A stretch of DNA of 64,000 nt from Vicinamibacterales bacterium (GCA_965203525.1 OZ241898.1:640176-704175); one strand, 5' to 3'. Numbered from the stretch's first letter, positions 16,759 through 28,922 are shown. The notes: generated from the letters alone by a model not told the origin. Translations and numbers: made by a program.

Positions 16759-18798
16759 ATGTCCAGGTTCTATCTCACCACGGCGATCGACTACGTCAAC
16801 AGCCGGCCCCATCTGGGGACCGCCTACGAGAAGATCGCCGCCGACGTCATCGCGCGGTACAAGCGGCTGCGCGGCGTCGAGACCCGCTTCCTGATGGGCA
16901 ACGACGAGCACTCGCAGAACGTCTTCCAGCGGGCGCGCGAGCTCGGGGTTCCGCCGCTCGCCTTCTGCGACGAGATGGAGGAGGCGTTCCGCGGCGTGTG
17001 GGCGCGGCTCGACGTCTCGTTCGACGACTTCATCCGGACGACGGAAGCGCGCCACCGGACCGGCGTGACCGCCCTGGCTGAGCGCATGGCCGCCGCCGGC
17101 GACGTCTACGACGGCTGGTACGAGGGGTGGTACTGCGTTTCGTGCGAGGCGTTCAAGCCGGAGAAGGACCTCGACGGCGGCAACTGTCCGGTGCACGGCA
17201 GGCCGCCGCAGTGGATCAAGGAGAAGAACCACTTCTTCCGGTTGTCGAAGTACCGGCGGCGGCTGCTCGACCACTACGAGGCCCATCCCGAGTTCCTGCA
17301 GCCGGAGATCCGCCGCAACGAGATGCTCAGGCTGCTCGAAGCGGGGCTCGAAGACATCTCGATGAGCCGGACCGGCCAGGCGTGGGGCATACCGGTTCCA
17401 TGGGATCCCGACAGCGTGATCTACGTCTGGGTCGACGCGCTCATCAACTACGTTTCGGGGGTCGGGTACGGCGCCGACGAGGCGCTGTTCGAGACCTGGT
17501 GGCCGGCCGACCTGCATGTCGTCGGGAAGGACATCACGCGCTTCCACTGCGTCTGCTGGCCCGCGATGCTGATGAGCGCCGGCTTGCCGCTGCCGCGCCA
17601 GGTCTTCGGCCACGGCTGGGTGCACTGGCAGGGCCGGAAGATGAGCAAGTCGCTCGGGACGGTGGTCGATCCGCTGGAGGCGGCGGAGCGCCTGGGACCG
17701 GATCCGTTGCGGCTGTACCTCGCCAAGGAGATCGCGTTCGGACAGGACGGCGACTTCACCTGGGACCGGTTCGAGGAGCGCTACAACGTCGATCTGGCGA
17801 ACAACTTCGGCAACCTCGTCTCGCGTCTCGCGTCGATGGCCCACCGCTACCGCCGGGGCCGGCTGGTGGCGCCGCCGAGCGCGCCCGGCCCGCTGGCCGC
17901 GGCGGCCAGCGGGGCGGTGGCGGCCTACCGCGAGTCGATGGACGCCCTGGCGCTCCACGGCGGCGTGGCGGCGGCCTTTCAACTCGTCGACGCCGCCAAC
18001 GAGTACATCGCGGCCGTCGAGCCGTGGGCGACGGCGCGGGATCCGGCGCGCGCGGCCGAGCTCGACCGGCAGCTCTTCGACGTGAGCGAGGCGGTGCGGC
18101 TGGCCGCGCTGCTGCTCACGCCGGTGATGCCGCGCTCGTGCCGGGAGGTGCTGGCGCGCGTCGGGGGCGGGGCGCCGGATCCGAACCTCGACCGCGACGC
18201 GGTCTGGACGACGCCGCCGGGCGCCGAGCGGCGGATCGCCAGGGGCGGCCCGCTCTGGCCGCGCCTGGACGCCGAACGGGGCGGCGCCGGGGCCGCTACC
18301 GGCGGCGCCCGAAGGAAGGAGCAGCGGACGATGAACGACAGGGAACAGCGGGACGGGGCCGGTACGGCGCCGGCGGCCGCCTCCGGCTCCGCCGCGGCCG
18401 CCGGGTCCGCTCCGGCCGCCACCGGCGCGGGCGCGGAGACGGCCGCCCCCGCGCCTCCCGGGACGCCGCGGATTTCGATAGAGGAGTTCGCGAAGGTCGA
18501 GCTCCGGGTCGGGCGCGTCGTGACCGCCGAGGCGGTGCGGAAGTCGAAGAAGCTGGTGCGCCTGGAGATCGACGACGGCGGCGGCGTGCGGCAGGTCGTC
18601 GCCGGGCTCGCCAGGGCCTACGAACCGGAGACGCTCGCGGGCCGGCACGTCGTCTTCGTGGCGAACCTGCAGCCGGCGAAGCTGATGGGCATCGAGTCGA
18701 ACGGCATGGTCCTCGCGGCCCTCGCCGCGGACGGCCAGCCGGTGCTGCTGACCCCGGACGATCCGCAACGGGCCCCGGCGGGATCGGCTGTTCGATGA
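16759..18798 (+). CDS. metG: Methionine--tRNA ligase with a C-terminal tRNA-binding (Trbp111/EMAP-like) domain
   Basis: TTAIDYVNSRPHLGTAYE (HIGH-type), the Zn knuckle CVSCEAF...CPVHG, GRKMSKSLG (KMSKS), and C-terminal ISIEEFAKVELRVGRVV. Confidence 0.95.
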   Translation: MSRFYLTTAIDYVNSRPHLGTAYEKIAADVIARYKRLRGVETRFLMGNDEHSQNVFQRARELGVPPLAFCDEMEEAFRGVWARLDVSFDDFIRTTEARHRTGVTALAERMAAAGDVYDGWYEGWYCVSCEAFKPEKDLDGGNCPVHGRPPQWIKEKNHFFRLSKYRRRLLDHYEAHPEFLQPEIRRNEMLRLLEAGLEDISMSRTGQAWGIPVPWDPDSVIYVWVDALINYVSGVGYGADEALFETWWPADLHVVGKDITRFHCVCWPAMLMSAGLPLPRQVFGHGWVHWQGRKMSKSLGTVVDPLEAAERLGPDPLRLYLAKEIAFGQDGDFTWDRFEERYNVDLANNFGNLVSRLASMAHRYRRGRLVAPPSAPGPLAAAASGAVAAYRESMDALALHGGVAAAFQLVDAANEYIAAVEPWATARDPARAAELDRQLFDVSEAVRLAALLLTPVMPRSCREVLARVGGGAPDPNLDRDAVWTTPPGAERRIARGGPLWPRLDAERGGAGAATGGARRKEQRTMNDREQRDGAGTAPAAASGSAAAAGSAPAATGAGAETAAPAPPGTPRISIEEFAKVELRVGRVVTAEAVRKSKKLVRLEIDDGGGVRQVVAGLARAYEPETLAGRHVVFVANLQPAKLMGIESNGMVLAALAADGQPVLLTPDDPQRAPAGSAVR

Positions 18799-18850
18799 GC
18801 GGTTCGCGCGCCGGGCGCCTGTCCGGTAGCCCGCGGGGGCGGCCGTCCCG

Positions 18851-19650
18851 ATGATCGATTCGCACTGCCATCTGGCCGACGAGCAGTTCGCCGCCGATCT
18901 CGGCGCGGTGGTGGCGCGAGCCCGCGAGGCCGGGGTCGAGGGCGCGCTCTGCATCCTCGACGCGTTGCACGACGGCGAGGCGGGCCGCGCCGATCGCGTG
19001 GCCGAGGCGTGGCCGGACGTTGCCTTCGCGGTCGGCGTCCATCCGCACCAAGCCGGCGCCGTCGGTGACGCGGCCGGCGGGCTCGACGGCGTCGCGCCGC
19101 TCGTGCGCCGGGCGGTCGCCGCGCGGGCCGGCGCCTGCGCGATCGGCGAGATCGGACTCGACTACCACTACGACTTCGCGCCGCGCGGCACGCAGATCGA
19201 GGTCTTCCGCCGCCAGATCGCCCTGGCCCGCGCGCTGGGCCGGCCGGTCGTGATCCACACCCGCGAGGCGGACGACGACACCGTCGACGCCTTGCGCGCC
19301 GAGGGGGGCGGCGACGCGGCCGGGGTGTTCCACTGCTTCGCAGGCGACGCCGCGTTCGCCCGCCGCGCCCTGGATCTGGGTTTCCACGTGTCGTTCTCCG
19401 GCATCGTCACCTTCCGCAACGCGGCGGCGGTGCGCGAGGCGGCCGCGCTCGTCCCCGCGGACCGGCTGCTCGCGGAGACGGACGCGCCGTATCTGTCGCC
19501 CGTGCCGTACCGCGGCCGGCGCAACGAGCCGGCCCGCGTGGCGCAGGTGATCGACACCTCGCCGAGGTCCGCGGCGCGAGCCGCGAGGAGATCGTCGAGA
19601 CGACCCGGCGCTCGTACCGGCGGCTGTTCGCGGGTCGCTCGACGGGGTGA
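18851..19650 (+). pseudogene. tatD: TatD-family metal-dependent hydrolase with an apparent single-base deletion near 19559 (true pseudogene or homopolymer sequencing error)
   Basis: IDSHCHL, GEIGLDYHYD, VIHTREA, FHCF and ETDAPYL are all in frame up to ...ARVAQVIDT. The track ORF then runs on as Arg-rich junk to 19795. The next frame reads AEVRGASREEIVETTRRSYRRLFAGRSTG-stop (TGA at 19648-19650), a typical TatD C-terminus. Confidence 0.8.
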
Positions 19651-19734
19651 GCGCGGTTCGGCGCCGGACGTCGTCGAGTCGCTCCGGCGCTCCGCCCCCG
19701 GCTGTTTCCGCGGGTCGCTCGACCGGGTGAGCGC
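19622..19734 (+). repeat. Approximately 34-bp direct repeat with period about 78. Copy 1 carries the natural tatD stop.
   Basis: ggctgtt(t)c(c)gcgggtcgctcgac[gc]gggtgagcgc occurs at 19622-19654 and 19700-19734. Confidence 0.8.
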
Positions 19735-19830
19735 CGTCCCCGTCGTTGCCTCCGGCCCTGTTCCGGCCGTGTCCACCGGTGCGTGCCCGCGTTGACGCAT
19801 GCCGCGCAGGTGTGGTCTGATTCTCGTCGC

Positions 19831-20892
19831 GTGAGTCCTGCTGTCAATTCGTCGGCGCCGCCGGATCTCGCCCGCATCTTCGAGCCGATCCGGGCCGATC
19901 TCGACGCCGTCGAGCACGCCTGCGCCACCTGCGTTCGATCCCATGCGGCGGCCGACGTTCCGGGGACGGCGCCCCGCGCCGAGCACGTCGTCGACAAGGT
20001 GATCCCCCGGATGGCGCGCTACATCCAGGCGAGCGGCGGCAAGCGGGTCCGGCCGGCGCTGCTGCTGATGGCGGCGCGCCTCGCCGGCTACACCGGCGAG
20101 CGGGCCATCCTCTACGCGGCGGCGGTGGAGTTCATCCACACCGCGACGCTCGTCCACGACGACATCATCGACGAATCCGACCTCCGCCGCGGCCGGCTCG
20201 CCGCGCGCTCCCGGTGGGGCAACGACAAGACCGTCCTGCTGGGCGACTACCTCTACATCAGCTCGATGAAGATGGCGCTCACCTTCGACGACGCGATCCC
20301 GGTGGTGCGGCTGCTGTGCGACGTGACCCGCCGGATGATCGAAGGGGAGCTGTACCAGTTGACGAAGGCGGGGGACGTCGACGTCGCGGAGGACGAGTAC
20401 TTCGAGATCATCCGGCGCAAGACCGCGTATCTGTTCGGCGGCGCGGCCGAGATCGGCGCCATGCTCGGCGCGCTGGACGGCGAGCGGCGCGCCGCGCTCC
20501 GCGAGTACGGGTTCAACCTCGGCATGGCGTTCCAGCTCGTCGACGACCTGCTCGACTTCACCGCCGACCAGGAGGCGCTCGGCAAGCCGGTGGGGCAGGA
20601 TCTGCGCGAAGGAAAGGTCACGCTGGCCGCGATCCGCCTGCTCGACCGGGAGGGCGCGGACGGTCGCGCGCGCGAGATCGTCCGCGCCGCGGTGGAGTCC
20701 GGCGGCATCGGCCTGCGCGACTGGCGCGAGCTGGGCATCCTGTTGCGCGAGCATCGCGCGACGGACTACGCCTATGACAAGGCCGTCGAGCACGCGGCGG
20801 CGGCCCGCGGCCGTCTCACCGCGTTTCCACCTTCCGCCGAGCGCGATGCGCTGCTCGCCCTGCCGGATTACGTGCTGGCCCGCGATCGCTGA
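19831..20892 (+). CDS. Polyprenyl diphosphate synthase (IspB/heptaprenyl-octaprenyl type)
   Basis: GGKRVRPALLL, first Asp-rich motif LVHDDIIDESDLRRG, second motif FQLVDDLLDF, and GKPVGQDLREGK. GTG at 19831 is chosen as the start; the ORF track starts at 19783. Confidence 0.88.
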   Translation: MSPAVNSSAPPDLARIFEPIRADLDAVEHACATCVRSHAAADVPGTAPRAEHVVDKVIPRMARYIQASGGKRVRPALLLMAARLAGYTGERAILYAAAVEFIHTATLVHDDIIDESDLRRGRLAARSRWGNDKTVLLGDYLYISSMKMALTFDDAIPVVRLLCDVTRRMIEGELYQLTKAGDVDVAEDEYFEIIRRKTAYLFGGAAEIGAMLGALDGERRAALREYGFNLGMAFQLVDDLLDFTADQEALGKPVGQDLREGKVTLAAIRLLDREGADGRAREIVRAAVESGGIGLRDWRELGILLREHRATDYAYDKAVEHAAAARGRLTAFPPSAERDALLALPDYVLARDR

Positions 20893-20933
20893 CGAGCGCG
20901 ATGCGCCGCCGGAGTGCGTGCCGGCCCGCGCTC

Positions 20934-23137
<2,204 letters not shown>

Positions 23138-23220
23138 CGGCGTTTCGGCGCGCGCTGGCGGCGAGGTCGCGCCGGGAAGAAACTGGCCGCGGGATCTTCA
23201 ACCCACGCGGGGTGCGCGGA

Positions 23221-24573
23221 TCAGCCCGTCCAGCGCAGCCGGACCACATCTTCGCGCAGGTGCCGTCGGCTGGCCGTCGCGATCCGCGTCCTGAACAAGT
23301 CGATGGCCGTCAGTTCGTAGCCAAGGGACCGGGCCAGATCGCCCAGGATCCGCCCGGTCCGGATCATGACCCGCAGGTACGACGCCTGGTCTCCGACGAC
23401 GTACGCAAGTCTCGCGCCGGGCCGCAGTCTGCTCCGGAGGCCGGCCAGATGGCGCACCATGCCGCCGAAGTACAGTTTCGTGACTCGCGCGTACTGGCGT
23501 TCGAAACCCGACGTCCTGCCCTGTTCGATCCGACGCTTTTCGATGAGGCGCGCGATGCGCTGAATGCCCTCGTGTTCGGCGACCAGGGCGTCGTCGGCGT
23601 CCGTCTTGTACACGCCTCGCGTATTGGATCGGACGAGTTCCTGTTTCAGGCCTCGCAGCTCCCGCTTGTCCCGGACGAAGCCGAGCAGCACGCTTTCGAG
23701 CCGCGTCGTCCGCGTGTAGTCCTTTTCGTTGGGATACGGCGGGGAGGTAATGACCGCGTCGATGGACGACGGCTCCAGGATCTCCTCCAACCTGCGCGCG
23801 TCGGCAAGGTGGACGGCGGCTTCGGTCCCGGCCTGTTTCCGCAGATTCGCGAGGTCGTTGCCCATCGTTCTGACGCGGTTCAACCACGGGCCGACGACCG
23901 GCGCGTCTTCCCGAATTCGCCCGACACCGACCTCCGGGCCGAAATGCAGGTTGCCGATTCCTGAAACCAGCGCCGCGGCGAGCGCGAGTCGCTCGTGAGC
24001 GTACACCGTGTCGTCGCGGTGCCGCTCCAGGGCGTCGAGCAGGAGCAGCGTCTTGTGGAGCGGCAGCGGGCTGATCGAGTTCTTCAGCAGAAGGCTCAAA
24101 CGGTCGGGTGGCAACGTCCGCAACTCCGCGGTTGGAGACTCGTCCGCCTGGAACAGAGGCGCCGGTCCGCGGTCGCCGAGTCCCTGATCCTGGAGCCGAT
24201 CGAGCGCGAGGCCGGCGATCCGCCTGGCGTGGGAAACAAGCGCGTCGGAATCGACGTTCCAGTTCAGCTTGGTGCGGCTCGCGAAGCCGGCCACCGGATT
24301 GCGCTCGATTCCGACGCTCGGAATGCCGAGCTTCTTGCACTCGACCAGCGTCGTTCCCGTACCGCAGAACGGATCCAGCACCCTCTGCGTCGAATCGACG
24401 CGGAACTCTTCGAGGTAGTCGCGCACCAGATGCGACGGGAATGACAGAACGAAGCGGTACCAGTCGTGAACGGCCCGATCTTCGGGCCTGAGCCGGTTCC
24501 GTTCCGGAGTGCTTCCGGCGCCGGCCGTCGTATTGCCCTGGATGAATTCCAGGTACTTGCGCTGCGCTTCCAT
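23221..24573 (-). CDS. Site-specific DNA methyltransferase (N6-adenine or N4-cytosine), alpha-type motif order, with no adjacent endonuclease
   Basis: 450 aa. Motif I VLDPFCGTGTTLVE lies near aa 66. Motif IV AVITSPPYPNEKDY lies near aa 262, with about 190 aa between them. The region is lower in GC (about 62% on a sampled line). Confidence 0.85.
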   Translation of the reverse strand: MEAQRKYLEFIQGNTTAGAGSTPERNRLRPEDRAVHDWYRFVLSFPSHLVRDYLEEFRVDSTQRVLDPFCGTGTTLVECKKLGIPSVGIERNPVAGFASRTKLNWNVDSDALVSHARRIAGLALDRLQDQGLGDRGPAPLFQADESPTAELRTLPPDRLSLLLKNSISPLPLHKTLLLLDALERHRDDTVYAHERLALAAALVSGIGNLHFGPEVGVGRIREDAPVVGPWLNRVRTMGNDLANLRKQAGTEAAVHLADARRLEEILEPSSIDAVITSPPYPNEKDYTRTTRLESVLLGFVRDKRELRGLKQELVRSNTRGVYKTDADDALVAEHEGIQRIARLIEKRRIEQGRTSGFERQYARVTKLYFGGMVRHLAGLRSRLRPGARLAYVVGDQASYLRVMIRTGRILGDLARSLGYELTAIDLFRTRIATASRRHLREDVVRLRWTG

Positions 24574-24674
24574 GACTCGATCAGGACGACCGAATCAGTT
24601 TGGCATGCCCGAGGTGCAGTCAGAGGTCGGCATGGTCATACCGGCTGCCGGTCCTGCGCGCAGCCAGTTCTGCG

Positions 24675-24789
24675 CAGACGCATCGTCATGACAGCAACCG
24701 CAGGACTCCGACGGGCAGATCCGCACCGGCGGCCGCGTGCTGTGACGACGCATCGTCATGACAGCCAGCCGCAGGCCCCCGACGGCCAG
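24675..24789 (+). repeat. Approximately 44-bp direct repeat with period 70, upstream of the orphan methyltransferase. Each copy contains the palindrome GTCATGAC.
   Basis: gacgcatcgtcatgacagc occurs at 24677-24695 and 24747-24765. Similarity extends through ...ccgcagg.c.ccgacgg.cag. The palindromes are at 24685-24692 and 24755-24762. Confidence 0.85.
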
Positions 24790-24955
24790 CGCCCCGATGA
24801 CCAGCGCGGTCCCGACCACCCATTTTGATGAGCCGGGTTTCCATGCGGGCTTCCTGCGCGACCTCGACCACCGCGACCGCGATCTTCTCGCTGGCGCCGG
24901 CCGCCGTCAACGCCTTCGCCGCCGCGTGGGTTTCGAACGGCACGATCGGCAGCAT
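24686..24955 (-). CDS. Small hypothetical protein with a DUF1640-like N-terminus, possibly frameshifted
   Basis: From ATG at 24955: MLPIVPFETHAAAKALTAAGASEKIAVAVVEVAQEA resembles DUF1640 N-termini (from memory). After RLIK at an AAAA run near 24826, the adjacent frame encodes a TM helix (WVVGTALVIGALAVGGL), while the current frame is junk. Weak call. Confidence 0.3.
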   Translation of the reverse strand: MLPIVPFETHAAAKALTAAGASEKIAVAVVEVAQEARMETRLIKMGGRDRAGHRGAGRRGPAAGCHDDASSQHAAAGADLPVGVLRLLS

Positions 24956-25107
24956 ATCATGCGGGCGAGAGACGTCGAGATCGCCTGCGCGGGCCGATCG
25001 GGGGTTGTCCGGCCCGCCGTCAGGCGGCACAATAGCGCCAGCGGGTCCGTGCTGCGGAAGCGTGGACGCAACGGACGCCGTCCAGGCGGACGCAGGGGGA
25101 GGGCGAC

Positions 25108-27304
25108 ATGACCACGACGCGGCGCACGATCGGCGGGTACGCGGCGGCGGCGCTCCTGGCGGCGGGTCTCGCGGCGTCCGGTCTGCCCGCGGCGGCTCGG
25201 GGCGACGACCTCAGCGGCGTCGTGACCAGCGCGGCCGGTCCCGAGGCCGGGGTCTGGGTCGTCGCCGAGACGCAGGACTTCGACACCGGCTTCCGGAAGA
25301 TCGTCGTGACCGACGGCGACGGCCGGTTCCTGGTGCCGGACCTTCCGGATGCGTCCTACGAGGTGTGGGTGCGCGGCTACGGCCTGGCCGACTCGGAGAA
25401 GACCCCCGCCCGGCCCGGCGACGATCTCGCCCTGACCGCCACGGCGGCCGCTTCGCCGCACGAGGCGGCGCAGATCTATCCGGCCAACTACTGGTACTCG
25501 CTGCTCGAGGTGCCGCCGGCCGGCGACTTTCCGGGCACCGGGCCGCGCGGCAACGGCATTGGCGTCGCCATGCGGACCCAGGCCGACTGGGTCGACCGGC
25601 TGAAGGACGGCTGCCAGCTCTGCCACCAGCTCGGGAACAAGGCGACGCGCGAGATGCCGATGCTCGACCTCGACGACTTCGACTCGTCCGTCGACGCCTG
25701 GGAGTACCGCATCCGGGCCGGCGGGGCGGGCCCGGCGATGGCGGCCGAGATCAACCGGATGGGCCGGCCGCGGGCGCTCCGGTTGTACGCGGACTGGAGC
25801 GACCGGATCGCCGCCGGCGAGCTGCCGCCGGTTCCGCCGCGCCCGCGGGGGCGGGAGCGCGGCCTCGTCCTCAGCATGTGGAAGTGGGGTCATCCGCGCG
25901 GCATGGTCCACGACGAGATCGCCACCGACAAGCGCAACCCGACGCGCAACGCGAACGGACCGATCTACGGCGTCGGCGGCGCGGGGCTGGTGATCACCGA
26001 TCCGCGCACCCACCGGTCGGTCCGCATGGACCTGCCGACCCGCGTCGAGCGGCCGCGGCGCAGCGACTCCTACCAGGGCTCGTCGACGGCGATCCCGTCC
26101 CTACTACTGGGGCGACGAGCCGGTCGGCATTCAGAGCCGGAGCGCCCACAACCCGATGCTGGACGAGAAGGGCCGCCTCTGGATCACGCAGGCGGTCCGG
26201 CCGAACGACGTGCCCGCCTGGTGTCTGGATGGGTCGGATCACCCGTCCGCGCGCTACTACCCGATCCGGCACCGCGCCGAGTCGCGGCAGTTGTCGTACT
26301 ACGACCCGGAAACCGGCGGGTTCGAGCTGATCGACACCTGCTACTTCACCCACCACCTGCAGTTCGCCGACGACGAGGACGACACGCTCTGGCTGAGCGG
26401 TTCGACCGAGGCGATCGGGTGGCTGAACACCCGGCTGTACGACGAGACCGGCGACGAGCGGGCGGCGCAGGGCTGGTGCCCGACCGTCATCGACACCAAC
26501 GGCGACGGGCGCATCACGAAGCCGTGGAACGAGCCGGACTGGAACGGGGAGGTCGAGATCGACCCGGCGCGGGACACGCGGATCGGGAGCCTGGACAAGT
26601 TCAAGCGCGCCTACGGCGTGATTCCGCACCCGGACGGATCGGTCTGGATCACGCGGCGCTTCGACGTGCCGGGCCGGCTGATCCGGCTCGACCCTGGCGA
26701 CAATCCGCCCGAGACCTGCATCTCGGAGGTCTACGAGCCGCCCTACGATCCGGACGGCGACCCGCACGCGTGGGGCTTCGGTCCGCGGGGCATCGACGTC
26801 GACCGCAACGGGCTGATCTGGACGGCGCTCGGGGGCAGCGGGCACCTGGCCAGCTTCGACCGCGGCAAGTGCGCGGTGCGGAACGGGCCGGCCGCCACCG
26901 GCCAGCACTGCCGCGAGGGATGGACGCTGTATCCGACCCCCGGCCCGAAGCTGAAGGGGGTCGAGGGCTCGGCGAACGCCGACTACCACTACTACAACTG
27001 GGTCGACCAGTTCGACACGCTGGGCCTCGGCCCGAACGTGCCGATCGCCACCGGCACGACGTCGGACGCGCTGCTCGCGCTCGATCCGGAGAGCGGCGAA
27101 TGGGTGGTCCTGCGCGTGCCGTATCCGCTCGGCTTCTACAGCCGGGGCCTCGACGGCCGCATCGACGATCCGGACGCCGGGTGGAAGGGGCGCGGCGTCT
27201 GGTCGAGCTTCAACACCGGGTCGCCGTTCCACCTCGAAGGAGGCAAGGGGGCGACGAGCGAGATCGTCCGGTTCCAGTTGCGGCCGCATCCGCTGGCGAA
27301 CTGA
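25108..27304 (+). pseudogene. Secreted CarboxypepD_reg-like / CxxCH / beta-propeller (Vgb-like) protein interrupted by a +1 frameshift near 26098-26101 (or a sequencing error)
   Basis: Frame 1 (25108 onward) has a signal peptide, GVVTSAAGPEAGVWVV...DGDGRFLVPDLPDASYEVWV and CQLCH. It turns into Arg-rich junk after ...STAIPS. Frame 2 reads PYYWGDEPVGIQSRSAHNPMLDEKGRLWITQ... cleanly to the stop at 27304. The junction is at the run TCCC. The span of 2197 nt is 3n+1. Confidence 0.72.
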
Positions 27305-27330
27305 ACGAGGCGGCACGGAGGACGACGCGC

Positions 27331-28845
27331 ATGACGGAGCGAAGACGCCGGGGGGTGACGATGCGATCCGCGGGATGCGTGTGCGGGCTGGTCCTGGCGC
27401 TGTCTGCCGGCAGCCCGCCGGCCGCCGCGAACGACGGTTCCCTGGTCGAGGCGGCCAGGGTGCGCGACGCCGAGGCGGTCGACGCGCTGCTGGAAGCGTC
27501 CGCCGACGTGAACGCGGCCGCCCCCGACGGGGCGACGGCGCTGCACTGGGCGGCGTACCACGATGCGCTGCCGCTGGCCGGGCGGCTGCTCGCCGCCGGG
27601 GCGGACGTCGACGCCGCCAACGACTACGGGGTGACGCCGCTGTCGCTCGCCTGCGACAACGGGTCCGCGGCGCTGGTGGCGCGGTTGCTGGAGGCCGGGG
27701 CCGACCCGGACGCCGCCCGCTCAACGGGGGAGACGCCGCTGATGACGTGCGCGCGGACCGGCAGCGTCGCGGCGGTGCGCGCGCTGCTCGCCGCCGGCGC
27801 GAACCCGTCCGCCGCCGAGGCGTGGCAGGGGCAGACGGCGCTGATGTGGGCGGCGGCCGAGGGGCACGCGCCGATCGCGCGGGCGCTCGTCGAGAGCGGC
27901 GCCGACGTCCGCGCCCGCACCGCGGGCGGATTCACGGCGCTGCTGATCGCGGCGCGCGAGGACGAGCCGGAGCTGGTCCGCCTGCTGCTCGAGGCGGGCG
28001 CCGACGTGAACGCCGCGGCGCCGGACGGCGCCACCCCGCTGCTTGTCGCCACGGTCCGCGGACACACCCGGCTGGCGGTGTTCCTGCTGGCGCAGGGCGC
28101 CGACCCGAACGCCGGCGAGGCCGGCTACACGCCGCTGCACTGGGCGGCCGGCTCGTGGCATACCGAGCTGACCGGCAGCCTGCGGGGCATCGAAACGACG
28201 CGCGACGAGGAATGGCGCGCGCTCAACGGGCTGCCGGACGGCAAGCTGGCGCTGGTCGAGGCGCTGCTCGCGCACGGCGCCGACCCCGACGCGCGGCTCG
28301 CCGAGAATCCGCCGCAGTTCGGCTTCGCGAGTCTTCGTTTTCGGGTGAGCCTGATCGGCGCGACGCCGTTCCTGCTGGCCGCCATGGACGCCGACGTCGA
28401 GGTGCTGGAAGCCCTCGCCGCGGCCGGCGCCGACACCCGGCTGGCGACCGACGAGGGCACCACGCCGCTGATGGTGGCGTCCGGCCTGGGGCGCGTGCCG
28501 GCCGAGACGCGGGTGACCGAGGCGGAGACGCTCGACGCGATGCGGTTCATCCTGGATCTGGGCGCCGAGGTCGACGCCGTCAACGCCGCCGGCCGGTCGG
28601 CGCTGCACGGGGCGGCGCACGTCCGCTCGGACGCGGCGGTACAGCTTCTCGTCGACCACGGCGCGGCGGTGCGCGTCGCCGATCAGCGCGGCATCACGCC
28701 GTTGATGATCGCGGAAGGGGGCGGGCACATCCTGCTGCCGGGGCTCGGGGGCGGGAGCACCGCCGAACTGCTGCGGGCGCTCGGCGCCGCCGAGACGACG
28801 CCGTCGAGCTTCATCGACGCTTTCAACCAGGGGCCGATCCGCTGA
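27331..28845 (+). CDS. Secreted ankyrin-repeat protein
   Basis: Signal peptide CVCGLVLALSAGSPPAAA, then about 10 ANK repeats (GATALHWAAYHD..AGRLLAAGADVDAAN, GVTPLSLACDNG...). An alternative start lies at 27361. It occupies the same frame as the read-through 1245-aa track ORF. Confidence 0.85.
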   Translation: MTERRRRGVTMRSAGCVCGLVLALSAGSPPAAANDGSLVEAARVRDAEAVDALLEASADVNAAAPDGATALHWAAYHDALPLAGRLLAAGADVDAANDYGVTPLSLACDNGSAALVARLLEAGADPDAARSTGETPLMTCARTGSVAAVRALLAAGANPSAAEAWQGQTALMWAAAEGHAPIARALVESGADVRARTAGGFTALLIAAREDEPELVRLLLEAGADVNAAAPDGATPLLVATVRGHTRLAVFLLAQGADPNAGEAGYTPLHWAAGSWHTELTGSLRGIETTRDEEWRALNGLPDGKLALVEALLAHGADPDARLAENPPQFGFASLRFRVSLIGATPFLLAAMDADVEVLEALAAAGADTRLATDEGTTPLMVASGLGRVPAETRVTEAETLDAMRFILDLGAEVDAVNAAGRSALHGAAHVRSDAAVQLLVDHGAAVRVADQRGITPLMIAEGGGHILLPGLGGGSTAELLRALGAAETTPSSFIDAFNQGPIR

Positions 28846-28922
28846 CGATCCGCACGGATCCGGCGGCGGCAGGGATTGCGGGGCGCCGCCGGTGGACGGC
28901 GCGACCACGCCGGGGGGCGACG

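Noticed and set aside
24601-24618. A sigma-54-like TGGCAT...GTGCA element
   Set aside because: The GG-to-GC spacing is two nt too long relative to TGGCAC-N5-TTGC. It points away from any plus-strand gene.
25108-28845. A single 1245-aa fusion protein (CarboxypepD_reg + ankyrin) as implied by the ORF track
   Set aside because: The middle roughly 410 aa of that frame (about 26100-27330) is Arg-rich junk. The +1 frame encodes a clean 382-aa propeller-like sequence ending at 27304. The ankyrin part has its own SD, start and signal peptide at 27331/27361.
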